DNA from: Rhizophagus irregularis
Lineage: Eukaryota
Direction of reading: 5' to 3'
Assembly: GCF_026210795.1 (NCBI RefSeq)
Contig: NC_089429.1
Coordinates: forward strand, 2,480,001-2,544,000
DNA: 64,000 bases
The position numbers and the translations under genes were made by a program. Below, one piece after another: positions 25,005 through 37,469 of this stretch. Under the pieces are notes generated by a model. The model ran no database searches, had not been told where the DNA came from, and saw nothing but the letters and a program-made list of their open reading frames with translations. Position 1 is the first letter of the stretch. Every line of letters starts with the position of its first letter.

Positions 25005-28000
25005 TATGTTCAGACAAGTTTGGATAGGTGGAAAGGTGAGTTTTGTAATAGTTTACTTTGTTACGAAACTTAGTATTTTTTATTAGAGAAATTTCTAGAA
25101 AAAATTAATTTTTTAATTTTTTTATTTTTTTGTAGGGTATTTGACTCTAATAAAAATTATATAAACTTTTTAAAAATAAAAACATTAACATTTTTTTCTT
25201 TTTTTGTAAAGAAATCAACTGGATATTGGAATCTCAATAAGTTTCAAAATTTGAAACTTTTTAAAAAAAATGATGTTTTTCTTTATTTTTGTAGAGAAAT
25301 TGGTTCCGATTTGGATACCAGATCTCCAATAGGTAAGTTTCGATTTGAAACTTTTAAAAAAAAATATTTTTTTTTAATTTTTTTTTCTTCTATTTTGTAG
25401 ATTTTGGCTCCGCGTTGGATATATGGGTGAGTTTTGAGGTGAAAGCTTCAAAAAAAAATTATTTTTAATTGTTTTGGCTTCCGGTTCCTAAGCATTGAAT
25501 ATATAGATGATAACTATGAAATTTTTTTAAAAAATTATTTAATTTTTTTTTCTTTTAACTTTGTAGGTTTCGGCTTCTAGTTCTTGGACGTTAGATGGGT
25601 AAGTTTTGACTTCGGAATTTAAAAAAATTTTTTTTAATTTACTTATATTTTTTATTTATTTTGTAGGTTCAGCTTTTAGTTTTTGAACTTTGAGTATATA
25701 GGTGAGTTTTAGAATGAAAGAATTGAACCTTTTTTTTAAAAAAAAAATTTTTTTTTAATTTTTTTTTCCCTCTATTTTCTCTATTTTGTAGATCTTGGCT
25801 TTTGGTTCTTGGGTGTTAAGTATATAGATGAGTTTCAGAGTGAAAGAATCGAAGCTTTTTTTTAAAAAAAAAATCAAATTTTTTTAAATTTTTTTCTTCT
25901 ATTTTTGGCTTTTGGTTCTTAGGTGTTGAATATATAGGTGAGTTTCGAAGCAAAAGAGCCAAAACTTTTTTAAAATAAATTATTTATTTTGATTTTTTTT
26001 TCTTCTATTTTGTAGGTTCGGCTTTCAGTTCCTGGTGTTGAATATATAGGTGAGTTTCGGAGTGAAAGAGCCAAAACTATTTTAAAATAAATTATTTATA
26101 TTAATTTTTTTTTTCTTCTATTTTGTAGATTTCGGCTATCAGTTCTTGGGCGTTTGATATTGGTGAGTTTTGAAGCGAAACCTTCAAAACTTTTTAAAAA
26201 TAAATTATTTATTTTGATTTTTTTTTTCTTCTATTTTGTAGGTTCAGCTTTCGGTTCTTGGTGTTAAATATATAGGTGAGTTTCAGAACGAAAGAGCCAA
26301 AACTTTTTTTAAAATAAATTATTTATTTTGATTTTTTTTTCTTCTATTTTGTAGATTTCGGCTATCAGTTTTTGGGTGTTTGATATAGGTGAGTTTCGAA
26401 GCGAAACCTTTGAAATTTTTTAAAAAAAAAATTTTTTAATTTACTTATTTTTTTTTTATTTTGTAGGTTTCGACTTTCGGTTCTTGGACGTTTGTTATTG
26501 GTGAGTTTCGAAGTGAAAAAGCCAAAACTTTTTTTAAAATAAATTAATTTATTTTAATTTTTTTTTTCTTCTATTTTGTAGATTTCAGCTTTCGGTTCTT
26601 GGATGTTTGATATATAGGTAAGTTTTGGAGCGAAAGAGCCAAAATTTTTATTAAAATAAATTAATTTTAATTTTTTTTTCTTCTATTTTGTAGGTTTCAG
26701 CTTTCGGTTCTTGGAAGTTTGATATATAAGTAAGTTTCAAAGCGAACGAGCTGAAACTTTTTTTAAAATAAATTATTTTAATTTTTTTTTCTTCTATTTT
26801 GTAGATTTCGGCTTTCAGTGAGTTTCAAAGCAAAAACTTCGAAAGTTTTTTTAAAAAAGTTTTTTAATTTACTTACTTTTTTTTATTTTGTAGATTTCAG
26901 CTTTTGGTTTAGATATATAGGTGAGTATCGGAGTGAAAGAGCTGAAATTTTTATTAAAATAAATTAATTTTGATTTTTTTTTCTTCTATTTTGTAGATTT
27001 CGGCTTTCAGTTCTTGGGCATTTGATATTGGTGAGTTTCGAAGTGAAAACTTTGAAACTTTTTTAAAAAATATTTTTTTTAATTTACTTGTTTTTTTTTT
27101 ATTTTGTAGGTTTCAGCTTTCAGTTTTTGGACGTTTGATATATAGGTGAGTTTTGGAGTGAAAGAACCAAAACTTTTTTTAAAATAAATTATTTATTTAA
27201 TTTTTTTTTTCTTCTATTTTGTAGGTTTCGGCTTTTTTGTTTCTGGGTGTTTGATATATAGGTGAGTTTCAGAGCAAAAGAGCTGAAACTTTTTTTAAGA
27301 AAAATTAATTTATTTTAATTTTTTTTTTCTTCTATTTTTGTAGATTTCGGCTTTCAGTTCTTATGCGTTTGATTTAAAGGTAAATTTCAAAGTTTTGTTT
27401 TCTTTTCAAAACTTTAAAAATTTTTTTTAATTTTATTTATTTGTTTTTTTATTTTGTAGTTATCGGTTGTAATATCCTTGGGCTTTGGATAGGTGAGTAT
27501 TGAAGTTTTGCTTTCTTTTTGAAACTTTAAAAAAGATTTTTAATTTTATTTTATTTTATTTTATTTTATAGGTAATGGCTGCAACATCTCATTGGGCTTT
27601 GGATCGGTAAGTTTCATTTTCTTTTCAAAACTTTTTTAATAAAAATTATTTTTTAAAATTTTCTTTTATTCTGTAGGTTTCGACTGCAATATCTCCTTAA
27701 ACTTTAGGTCAGTGAGTTTCAAAGTTTCGTTTTTTTCAAACTTTCAGAAAAATTTATAATTTTATTTATTTTTTTTATTTTGTAGGTATCGGCTGTGATA
27801 TCTTTGGGCATTGAAATGGTAAGTTTTGAAGCAAATACTTCAAAACTTCTTAATAAAAATTGTTTTTTAATTTGATTCTTTCTTTATTTTGTAGGTTTCA
27901 GCTGCGATATCTTTGGATCTGTGAGATTCAAAGAATGCTCCAGAATTTTCTTTTTAAGGAAATTGACTCCAATTTGGATACCATAAGTAAGTTTTGATTC

Positions 28001-28090
28001 AAAACTTTAAAAAAAACTTTATTTTTATTATTTTTAATGTTACTTTTTTTTTTTGTAGGGAAATCGGCACCTGAATCCCAATAGTAGATC
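25005..28090 (+). repeat. Tandem array of ~112-bp micro-exon/intron units (about 27-29 copies)
   Basis: Recurrent TTTTGTAG|(G/A)TTTCGGCTTTCGGTTCTTGG..GTTTGATATATAG|GTGAGTTTCG.. with a polypyrimidine tract before each AG. Confidence 0.92.
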
Positions 28091-28984
28091 TTTTATAAAT
28101 AATGCACGATTTTTATAGGACTTTAGCTTCTATGGAATTTCTTATCTTTATTTGTTGTCTGTTGTAATCGAACCAACTGGAACCAATATCCAAACCATTA
28201 ACAACATGTAAATTTTTAGTAAAGGTGGAATTTTAATTATTAGCATACAGTAAATTATTATTTTTTTTTTTGTAAATACTTTTAATAAATGCTTTTAATA
28301 AATATGATAATGTTAGTTGTCACTTATCATTAAATAATTTGAATCAAAAAAAAAAAAATTAAATTTTTTCTGTTAGAGCATTTTATAAACGCCAGTAAAA
28401 TGCAACTTGATTTGATATCGACATTTCAATACACAAAATTAAACAATGGGGGACGAAGTCCCCCACAAAACGCTGAGATCCCCCTATTCCCTCTGTCATC
28501 AATTTACAGAGTTGCCACATCGAACGGGCATTCCCATGGTCGAACGAATGAATAAACGAGCGAACGAACAATTAAACGAACAAGCAAATAATCAACGACA
28601 TAATTAATAAACAACATACAACATTCTTGGTTCACAACATAAATAGCGTTAGTAATATAAAACGTCGAACGATATAAAATAAAATTTAACTTCTCTAAAT
28701 TTTCCCCAAATTATATCCACTTTTACCTTTAATTTCAAACTTCGATAGCTCTCGCTACGAATTATTTCTTTCCAAAAGTGTATATTTAATTCATCTTAAA
28801 ATTTCCATTTATTCAATTAAAATTAATTAAGCAAACATTAATTAAAGTTTAGGGCGAACTTATTACCTTTAATTAACATTAAACTTTACTAACAAATAAT
28901 TAAAAAATAAAACTTATATTTTTATTGAGTTCTGTGGATGAGAACTATGGAATTACTTCGAATTCCGCTCTCTATTTATTCAAA

Positions 28985-29310
28985 TTTTATGCTACTTTCT
29001 ATTCTATCTATATACTATCTTTTATGTTCTTTTTACATATTATCTTTGAACTATCTTTCTAATATGCTATCTATATTTTAAATACGCTATCTTTTAATAT
29101 GCTATCTTTTTATATATGTTCTTTTTAATATGTTATCTTTTATATTCCATCTTTATACTATCTTTTTATATTATCTTTTATGTTATTTTATGTTCTTTAA
29201 TCTTTCTGACATTATTTTATATGTTCTTTCAATTCGCTTTATGTGTTTTGCTTATAATCTATCTTTTGTGGCTTATAATTATTCTTTCTAATTGTTCTTA
29301 TTGTTAAAGA
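28985..29310. repeat. Low-complexity degenerate tandem repeat (TATGCTATCTTTT-like)
   Basis: Repeated tatgctatcttt/tatgttcttt motifs. Confidence 0.6.
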
Positions 29311-30978
29311 TTGCTAAGCCACAATTGATCGACTCTAATTATTCTATTGGTTCTTTGTCAATCATTTGACAAATATTACATCATGTAGATCATTACTCTT
29401 CCTAAATGTTTATCCTTTTCGGCTAATTATTTATCCATCTACGCCAATTCATAATTAATTTGTTCGTTCTTAACATTTGGCAATTACATTTGGTAGTTGA
29501 ATTTTTATCATCTTTTCATGCTTGATATTCGACCATTTACAACGCAATTTCTAGTTGATTATTATATTCTTTATCGATCCTAAGAAGGTTGGATCGGTTA
29601 TATTTTTTTTTATATACTAAACCCATTTTTTTACGTAAATTTTTTTATACAATATTTTTTTTTATCACTTTTTTTGTTAATTGATTTTTTATTTAATTTT
29701 TTTTTATCACTTTTTTGTTATTTGGTATTTTTTTATAATACTTTTTGACTTTTTTCGATTATAACAATTATTTGATAAACGTTATTATTTTTTTTTAATA
29801 AAATACTTTTTTTGTTTTTCTTTTTACATAAATTTTTTTATAAAATAATAAGAAATAATTATAAAATTTATAATTAATTAATAAAAATATTTATAGTATT
29901 TTCACAATATTAAAGTTTTTTTCGAAAATACTTCTAAAAAGTTAATCAATTTTTGTCGATAATTATTTTTTCACAATTCCTTACATACCTTTATTAATTG
30001 TAGAACTGAAAGAACTAAAAGATCTAAAATAATGAAATAAAATTAGTGAAAAACGAAATATGAAACAGAAACAAAATAAAAAAAATAAAAAATAAGAAAA
30101 CGAAATGTAAAGTGAAAAACAACTGAACCTTAATTGCAGAACCAGAAGGACTAAAAGACCTAAAAATAATGAAATAGAGTTAGTAAGAAACAAAGTTAAG
30201 AATGTAAGTTAGAAATAAAAATAAAAAGAAAAAAAGAAAAATACCTCAAGAATGAAATAACCGAGAAAACAAACCTTGAACCTACAGTGAAAATGAGATT
30301 CGATAAACAAATAAATATGACAAATCTGCCGCATGATTGAAGACCCAGGCGATGTTTACCAATTCCCAATATAATTTATATCATTCTAATATTATAATTA
30401 TAATTTAGTACATATTATTTTGTTAACTAATTATTACCTATATTAAATTCCTAATTATAAACAAAAAATTGCCTAGTATTACAAAAATTTTCTATTTAAG
30501 CAAACTCATTGGTCCCGGTGCGGAGCAATAAGTAACTGCTAGTTTATAAACTAATATAACTAATTATAAATATAATGCTGCGCCTCTCAATTAATAAATT
30601 CACTATGTATAAAGATTTGTAGTCCTTCTTTCGTGATTCGTCCATATGTTAAAGAACAATACCTGTAATGAAAGTCAGTTTTATGCATTATATGATATTT
30701 TTGGCATCTAAACTTCTTCGTATGATAGCTAATTTCATGAATACATCCATATACAATGTAACTATTATACTGCATATAGATCATTTTGTATGTTGACAAA
30801 TCAATATAAAATATTATTAAGATTTAAGAGTACTAAATAATGAATTTTTGCCATCATTTAAGCTGCAGTACTAATCCATATTTTCTTGTTATATTGCCAC
30901 TTCTTATTATTTTTAACTTACTATTAAAATTGTAAATAGTCATGCTTAAAGTATCCAAACTTAAATTTTCTAATGAGA

Positions 30979-32387
30979 CCCTATGAAAAAAGTCTGTGTG
31001 ATTTTTGTTGAAAAATCATTCAATTAAATTCACTACAATTTCTGTATATTTGACCATACAATAATTGTGCTAAAAATTGCAATAAATCACACAATTATTG
31101 CATGGTAATTTATTCAATAATTATCCTATTTTTGACCTGAATTTATACAATTATTGTGTAATTTTTGAGCCAAATTTTAGGCCATATTTTAGGAATTATA
31201 GGTTAAATTTTACAGTAATAACAGGCAATTTATAAAGTGAAATTATGAATTTTTTTATTGACTTAAAATATAAAAAATATACACAATATTTCATAAATAA
31301 AATACTAAATTTGATATAATCATAAATATAAAAATTTGTAAGAAAATAAAATAAAATAAAGTATGTTAATAACATGAAAGTAAATTAGTAGTATCATCAA
31401 AGAAGAAAGTAAATTATTAGTGTAAGTAAATTATTAGTATTAAATAAAAAAGTATGAAGTTAGTGAAGAAAGCAAATTAGTAGTAAATTATTAGTGTTAG
31501 TAATAAAAAAGTATGAAGTTAGTGAAGAAAGCAAATTAGTAGTGTTAAAAAGTAAATTATTAGTATTAGTAATAAAAAAAAAGTATGAAGTTAGTGAAGA
31601 AAGCAAGTTAGTAACATTAAAATGTAAAAAGTTAGGAAATAAAAAGATAAAGAATACAAGTTTTTCTTACCTGCTGATATTTTAAAAGAAAGTTGAAGAA
31701 AAGTTAAAAGGTTAAAAAACAAACAAAAACATTTCACGTCATCATATTTATTTTGACGATCAGATCATGTGACCAACATATATAATTTTAAGATTTGATT
31801 TTTACCGCATAATTCTGGCCAAATTATAATTCCGGTCAGAACTAATTGTGTAACCTAATAAAAAGTTTTTGACTTTTTTTTAGTTACAAGATGATACAAA
31901 AATTTCACCAATGGGTCCGGAAGATTCCCATTTATAAGCAAATATGCGGTTGAATTTTGTGTAACCTTACTGCATAAATCACTTTACTTAGGAAAATCTA
32001 TTTGTAATGGTTAAAAGTGGTCTATTCGACCCTAAAAGTGGTCAAATGTAACCATACAGGTAAGATGGAAAGTAGTATAATAGGATTACCCAAAAATTGC
32101 TTTCTGTATCCTAAATTTAAGTCTATTTTCAAGTTGTACAATAATCACAATTTTTATTGTATAAAAATTGAATGTTTTCTGTATCCTGAATTTAAGTTGT
32201 ATAAAAATCACACAAAAATTGAACATTTTCTATATCCTAAATTTAAGTTGTACAAAAATTGCATACATTTAATATGCTTTGAAAAACTTCATAACTATTT
32301 TTATCCAAAAATCTGCAATAATTGTACAATTTCCACACGGACTTGAACAAATATTGTACAAAAATTGGATGATTTTTTTTCATAGGG
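30979..32387. mobile_element. Non-autonomous CMC/EnSpm-like TIR element (1409 bp)
   Basis: 13-bp TIR CCCTATGAAAAAA; 3-bp direct repeat AGA at 30976-30978 and 32388-32390; internal tandem repeats at ~31440-31615 and ~32095-32260. Confidence 0.65.
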
Positions 32388-33080
32388 AGATAATGAAGTA
32401 TTTTTAACATTAATCATTCTTTTTTTTGTTTTATAAAATATTTTCTCACCCTTGATTTTCTGCAACAGTTAAAAATGTTGTCAAAGAAGGATAAAATGGG
32501 TAATTTTTTGGTATTACTAAATATCACCAGTGGTGACAATCACCAGTGGTGGATTTATGAAGTAATTCTGGTCAATGTTTTATTGGATTTTAATTCAGGC
32601 CAAAAGTGCATTATAATGCTGGTATGGTGACAATCGCCACTGGTAAGCTTTAGCAATTTTCAATTTTTTTTGCCATGATTGAAATATTACTGAATTTAAA
32701 AGTAAAATAAGGATATTTGATAAATGTTTTCTGATTAACATATTAATATTTAGAAATCAAAACCAAAATTATCAAATTAAATTGCAATATTAAGAAATTA
32801 GGTTTATTTTTGTTAACCTTACAGTATAATTGATGTATAAGAAATTTCAAAGCATTACCAAAAATCAATGGAATCAAATATTGTATATAAGTTCTTAAAA
32901 AGTCTTATAACAATTATAGAAACATCTAGAACTATTTATGATTTTCATCATAATCCATAATTTATATTTTGAATGACTCATCATTCATACACACATATTT
33001 TTGCATGACTTACTGAAAGATTTCATTATACAAGTATGTATCACAAGAAGTTTGTACAAATAAAAAATAATATAAAAAGG

Positions 33081-33755
33081 GGTATATAGCAAACATGTAT
33101 TGTATGGTTAGCTTTGTATGTATTGTATTATTATAACTTTTTAATGTATGTATGATCTTTTCCCAATTATGTATGTATTGTATGATAAATCTTTTTATTA
33201 CCAAATTTAACTATCATAATGATTGTGTACTGGCTAAAACAATTCAACGTGTATTATTATAATCTTTTTTTCTTTTTATTTAAAAATAAATATTTTTACT
33301 GTGTTTATTAATACTTTTTCATTTAAAAAAATTTAAAAATAAATATTTCTATTGCAGTTTTATTACTATAATCTTCTCTTTTCTTTTCATTTAAAATATT
33401 TCTATTACGTTTATTACTATGTCCAAAGTAAATCCTGTTATTCTTTCAGATATTGAGACTATATTTGATGACGAAACTATATCTGAAAATGAAAATTAAT
33501 TCCTTATGAGTCATCATCTATGAATATTGTAAATATTTGCATTATCTCTAGCATTACATTAAGGAATATTTATTTTATTTATAATAAAAAAAACTTAAAT
33601 TTTTTTTTTTTTGTAAATCCTAATATTATGTATGGCGAAAATAAGTATGCCATACATCATTTTTAATATCCATACATGTATGGACACAATCAAAGCATAC
33701 ATAAGCATACAATACATACAACGTTAAGCATACACTACATGTTTTATAATCACCT
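33081..33755. mobile_element. Mutator-like MITE (~675 bp)
   Basis: ~50-bp imperfect TIR (GGT...AAACATGTA.TGTATG.TTA...TTGTATGTATTGTAT); direct repeat TATAAAAAGG at 33071-33080 and 33756-33765. Confidence 0.75.
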
Positions 33756-33939
33756 TATAAAAAGGTCTATTTTTTATATATCTTTTGTTACATTTATTAC
33801 CTTCTCCTTATAATAATAGTGGAAACAACATAAAGATTTTTAATATGTAGCAAAGAAAAAAATTAATGTAATATAAACACTATTCACATTCACAGTTTCA
33901 TTTTCTCACCCACTTTAAAATAATCCTCAGATTGTCTTA

Positions 33940-35300
33940 ACTGTTAGTACATTATGAATAAAATTTTCAATATATCCAATATAATATCTACAATTATATA
34001 TGCATTATTATGCAATACTCTTCTATTCCATTGTCCCTGCCACTGTTACATATCTTTTTCTCCTTCATTCTTTAATTAGGAATGGCTTCCAGGAATGCTA
34101 TAAGTCCATCCTGAACATCTGAGCATCATGTTGTCCCTGCCACTGCTCTGCATTTGTTACATATTTTTTTTTCCTTCAATTATTTGATTAGGAGTGACTT
34201 CCAGAAATGCTATAAGCCCATCCTGATCATTAATTTTTACTTGTAAATTGAGTGCTACTATCACAATTGTAGATGCTTCAATATCTTGCAACAAATTATC
34301 ATATTCATTTTTTATCTTAATGGTAAGTTTTTGCCAGACAACTTCCATAGTATAAACAAAAAGAAAATTTTTTATGTTTTACATATAAGTTAATCATCAG
34401 GAAGTACAAATCAACAGAGCAAACTTCTCCACATAAGGCTTGCCATGATATTGATACATTAACTTTGCATTTGTCACATATCTTTTTCTTCATAAAATAA
34501 TCCCAAGTAGTTTTAATACATTATAAAATACCCATACTGTGATGAAGAAGATTGGGATCAAGATGTGTTTGACAAACAGAAATTTGTTTTCCAGTATCTG
34601 AAAAAAGCTGCTCACTTGGAACAGAGGTTGCAGGAATAGGGTGATTTTTGAGCAAAATCAGATAATGATGGAAATATTTTTTTTTTTTCAGCCTAACATT
34701 TACATGAGTCTACATTAATAAAATTTTCAATGTATTCACTATAATATCTACAATTATATGTACATCAGTATGACTTTGCAATACCTTATTATTCCATTGT
34801 CACTATCACTGTTACTACTTTGCATTTGTTACATATCTCTTTCTCTTTCAATTCTAAGAGATGTGATGATGAATAAGAGATAGAAAAAAGAATGTATTAA
34901 TTGTAAATTTAAGATTAGGATGATTATGTTTCTAAGAATATTAGTATACATTTGAATAAGATAATGTAAAGAATGTAAAGATATATGATAAATAATAGTG
35001 AATATTAAAAGGTTAATAATAGTGATGTCATTTGTTGAAAGGAATTTTAAAACAGTATCTATAATATTTGGGCATAATTGATAAGACATATTGATAAGTT
35101 AATTATCAGAAAGTACAAATCTACAAAGTAATCTTCTCTACACAGGACTTGCCATGGTATTGATACATTGTCTTTGCCACTGCTTTGCATTTGCCACATA
35201 TCTTCTTCTCCAATTCTTTAAGCTGATCATCAGAAAGTACAAATCAATAGAGCAATCAATCTTCTCCATATGTATATTATATATTACAGGCTTTCTTGCC
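33940..35300 (-). mobile_element. Decayed, internally duplicated hAT transposase remnant
   Basis: PIPATSVPSEQLFSDTGKQIS...LDP (hAT C-terminal dimerisation motif) at ~34550-34640; BED-like WDYF/CDKC pieces; several duplicated ~100-bp blocks. Confidence 0.65.
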
Positions 35301-36660
35301 ATGGAATTTACTCAGAATAATTTCTCATAATATTTAAATATGAATGGAATCCTTTAACAATAGTATCACATTCATCATTGTATATTATACTGCTTCTTAT
35401 CATTCTTTTATATTATAATCTTCCTTGTTAAAATGAGTTTTTGATGCTTCAGTATAAATTGAAGCTCTGAACATAATTTGATCTTGAGAAATATTGAATT
35501 TACTGTATTTTGAAGGTTTTTTAACACTAGACCTTGATATTAAGCAATAATTTCTTTTTGAGTAGCCAACAATTCATCTTGTAAACAAATGACTTTCATT
35601 TTTAGAGATTTAATTTGACTATTTAATTTTGTATATTCAGTACAATTAAGATTTAATTTTTGCTTAGAAAAAAAATAGTTATTATCAATATTGAACACAT
35701 TTGTTAATGCTTTAATATAAGAATTTCTTTTGTTCTCTCCTTTCTTTTTCAAATATAGAAAATCCATAAAAGACAAAAAGCAACCTATGTTGTTATTATT
35801 GGAATTGGTTGAAAATCAGACAGTTTAATTACTTTTCCTTGGCAACATAATATTAAGAAACCAAAAAAAAAGTTCATGTAATTTAACTTCATTTAGATAT
35901 TAAATATATATTTTAAAATATTTTTATATATAACTAATACACATCTTCTTGCATCTTGTGTAATACAATTTTGAATTTTTTAACTCATTTTATATAAAAA
36001 AATTACTCATGTAAATATATTTAGCTTATGCAATGGTAGAGTGTATTAATATTATTAAATATAATTACTCATATGAAGAAAAAAAATACTACTCATACGA
36101 AAAAATTTTACTCAGGTGAAAGTTTATTTATGGTGTTTGATATATATATATAACATAAATAATAAAAGTACCACTCCAAATACTTTTTTTGTTTGTTAAA
36201 ATTAAAAAGAAAAGTCAGAAAATATTTTGAAATTATTATAAGTATGGGTAATAAAATGATTTCATGTCTCAAAATGTACATCAAACAATTCAAACATGTC
36301 ATTGTAGATTTAACCTGCACCTGATTAAAATTGTGTGACGATATCATTGTAATCAACATTTGAACATTAATATAATTTATCTCATTTCTTTTTATTTTCT
36401 TTGCTTACTACAATGTCTTATTCAATGATATTTTCAGGTGAACTATGATGTCATTTAGCAATACCCATTAATATATGGGAAAATCCAATTATAATTAAAT
36501 CACAATTTATTTAAATTATTTAAATGATGATGATTTGAAAAAAAAATTATAAAACAAAATTTAAATCAATTTAGTATTAATAATTATTTATTGTCTTATA
36601 ATAGGAATAAAGCAAGATATCTCAATTACAAATTAACAAATATAATAATATATTTTTTTT

Positions 36661-36985
36661 GCTTTATTAGTGTTATTTTGATGTAATTGAAATCCTGTTA
36701 ATAAATTGTAGTACATTGCATAGATTTAAAAAAAATACATGTATATAAACTTATAATCATTTTTATTTATTAGAATACAGATTATTTCCTATTAAATATT
36801 TAATGAAATTATAGAGTATTGCTTACTAAATTTTACCAGTGGTTGTTACCACTTAATTCCGGCCATTTAAAATGCCAGTTTATAATTTTTGCTAGAGTTA
36901 AAAAATACTGATTGTAAAAATTTTATAAATATGTTAACAAATATTAATTTGATGTTAATTACGACAAACTTTTAAAATTTTTATA
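36661..36985 (+). repeat. Dispersed repeat, copy 1 (copy 2 at 50253-50520)
   Basis: Shared GCTTTA.TAGTGTTATTTTGA.GTAATT.AAATCCTGT... and TTAATTCCGGCCATTTAAAATG.CAGTTTATAATTTTTGCTAGAGTTAAAAAATACTGATTG... Confidence 0.8.
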
Positions 36986-37469
36986 TATTATGCCTCTTTA
37001 AAGTTTATTTGAAATCTGGAAACTCCGGCTTTCTAACGGATATTTTATAAGCGGAATTTGAAATACATTAAAAAAGATTAACGAAGTAAAAAAAATGATG
37101 AATTTTTTGCCATATGTGGTATGACGGACGTAATATACTGGACACTTAAGTTGTACCTAAACTAAGAAGGGACTCTCGGGGATTGTTTCTAGGCTTCTAG
37201 GGATGCATCAATGTGAACTTTAGCCAATATCCGAGTTTTATGGTGTATTATCGAATGAACATCGATACGTCTCTTTTCATAAATACTAAGATTACCACCG
37301 GCAAATATTTATGTTTGCAGTTTAACATTGAAGTACTGCTGTACGCAATATTTATGATAAATTTATCGTTGCAAAAGCTTCAATTATATTTAGAGAGCTT
37401 AATATTAATTCTTATTTAATAACAATATATACGAATATAGTTAAATAGGCCATCATAATACTTTGTTAT

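Larger units (their letters stand above)
24060..30542 (+). mobile_element. Putative non-autonomous Helitron enclosing the micro-exon array
   Basis: 5' A|TCTATATAACAAAAA at 24059/24060; 3' degenerate GC-rich hairpin (CCCGGTGCGGAGCA, ~30514-30527) then CTAG|T at 30539-30543; no TSD, no Rep/Hel ORF. Pairing of the two ends is inferred. Confidence 0.4.

Noticed and set aside
25005..28090. CRISPR array or protein-coding repeat gene
   Set aside because: The 'spacers' are homologous to each other, no cas genes are present and the context is eukaryotic. Core lengths do not keep a frame.
31494..32346. Repeat-containing small proteins
   Set aside because: Translations of tandem repeats inside a non-autonomous TIR element.
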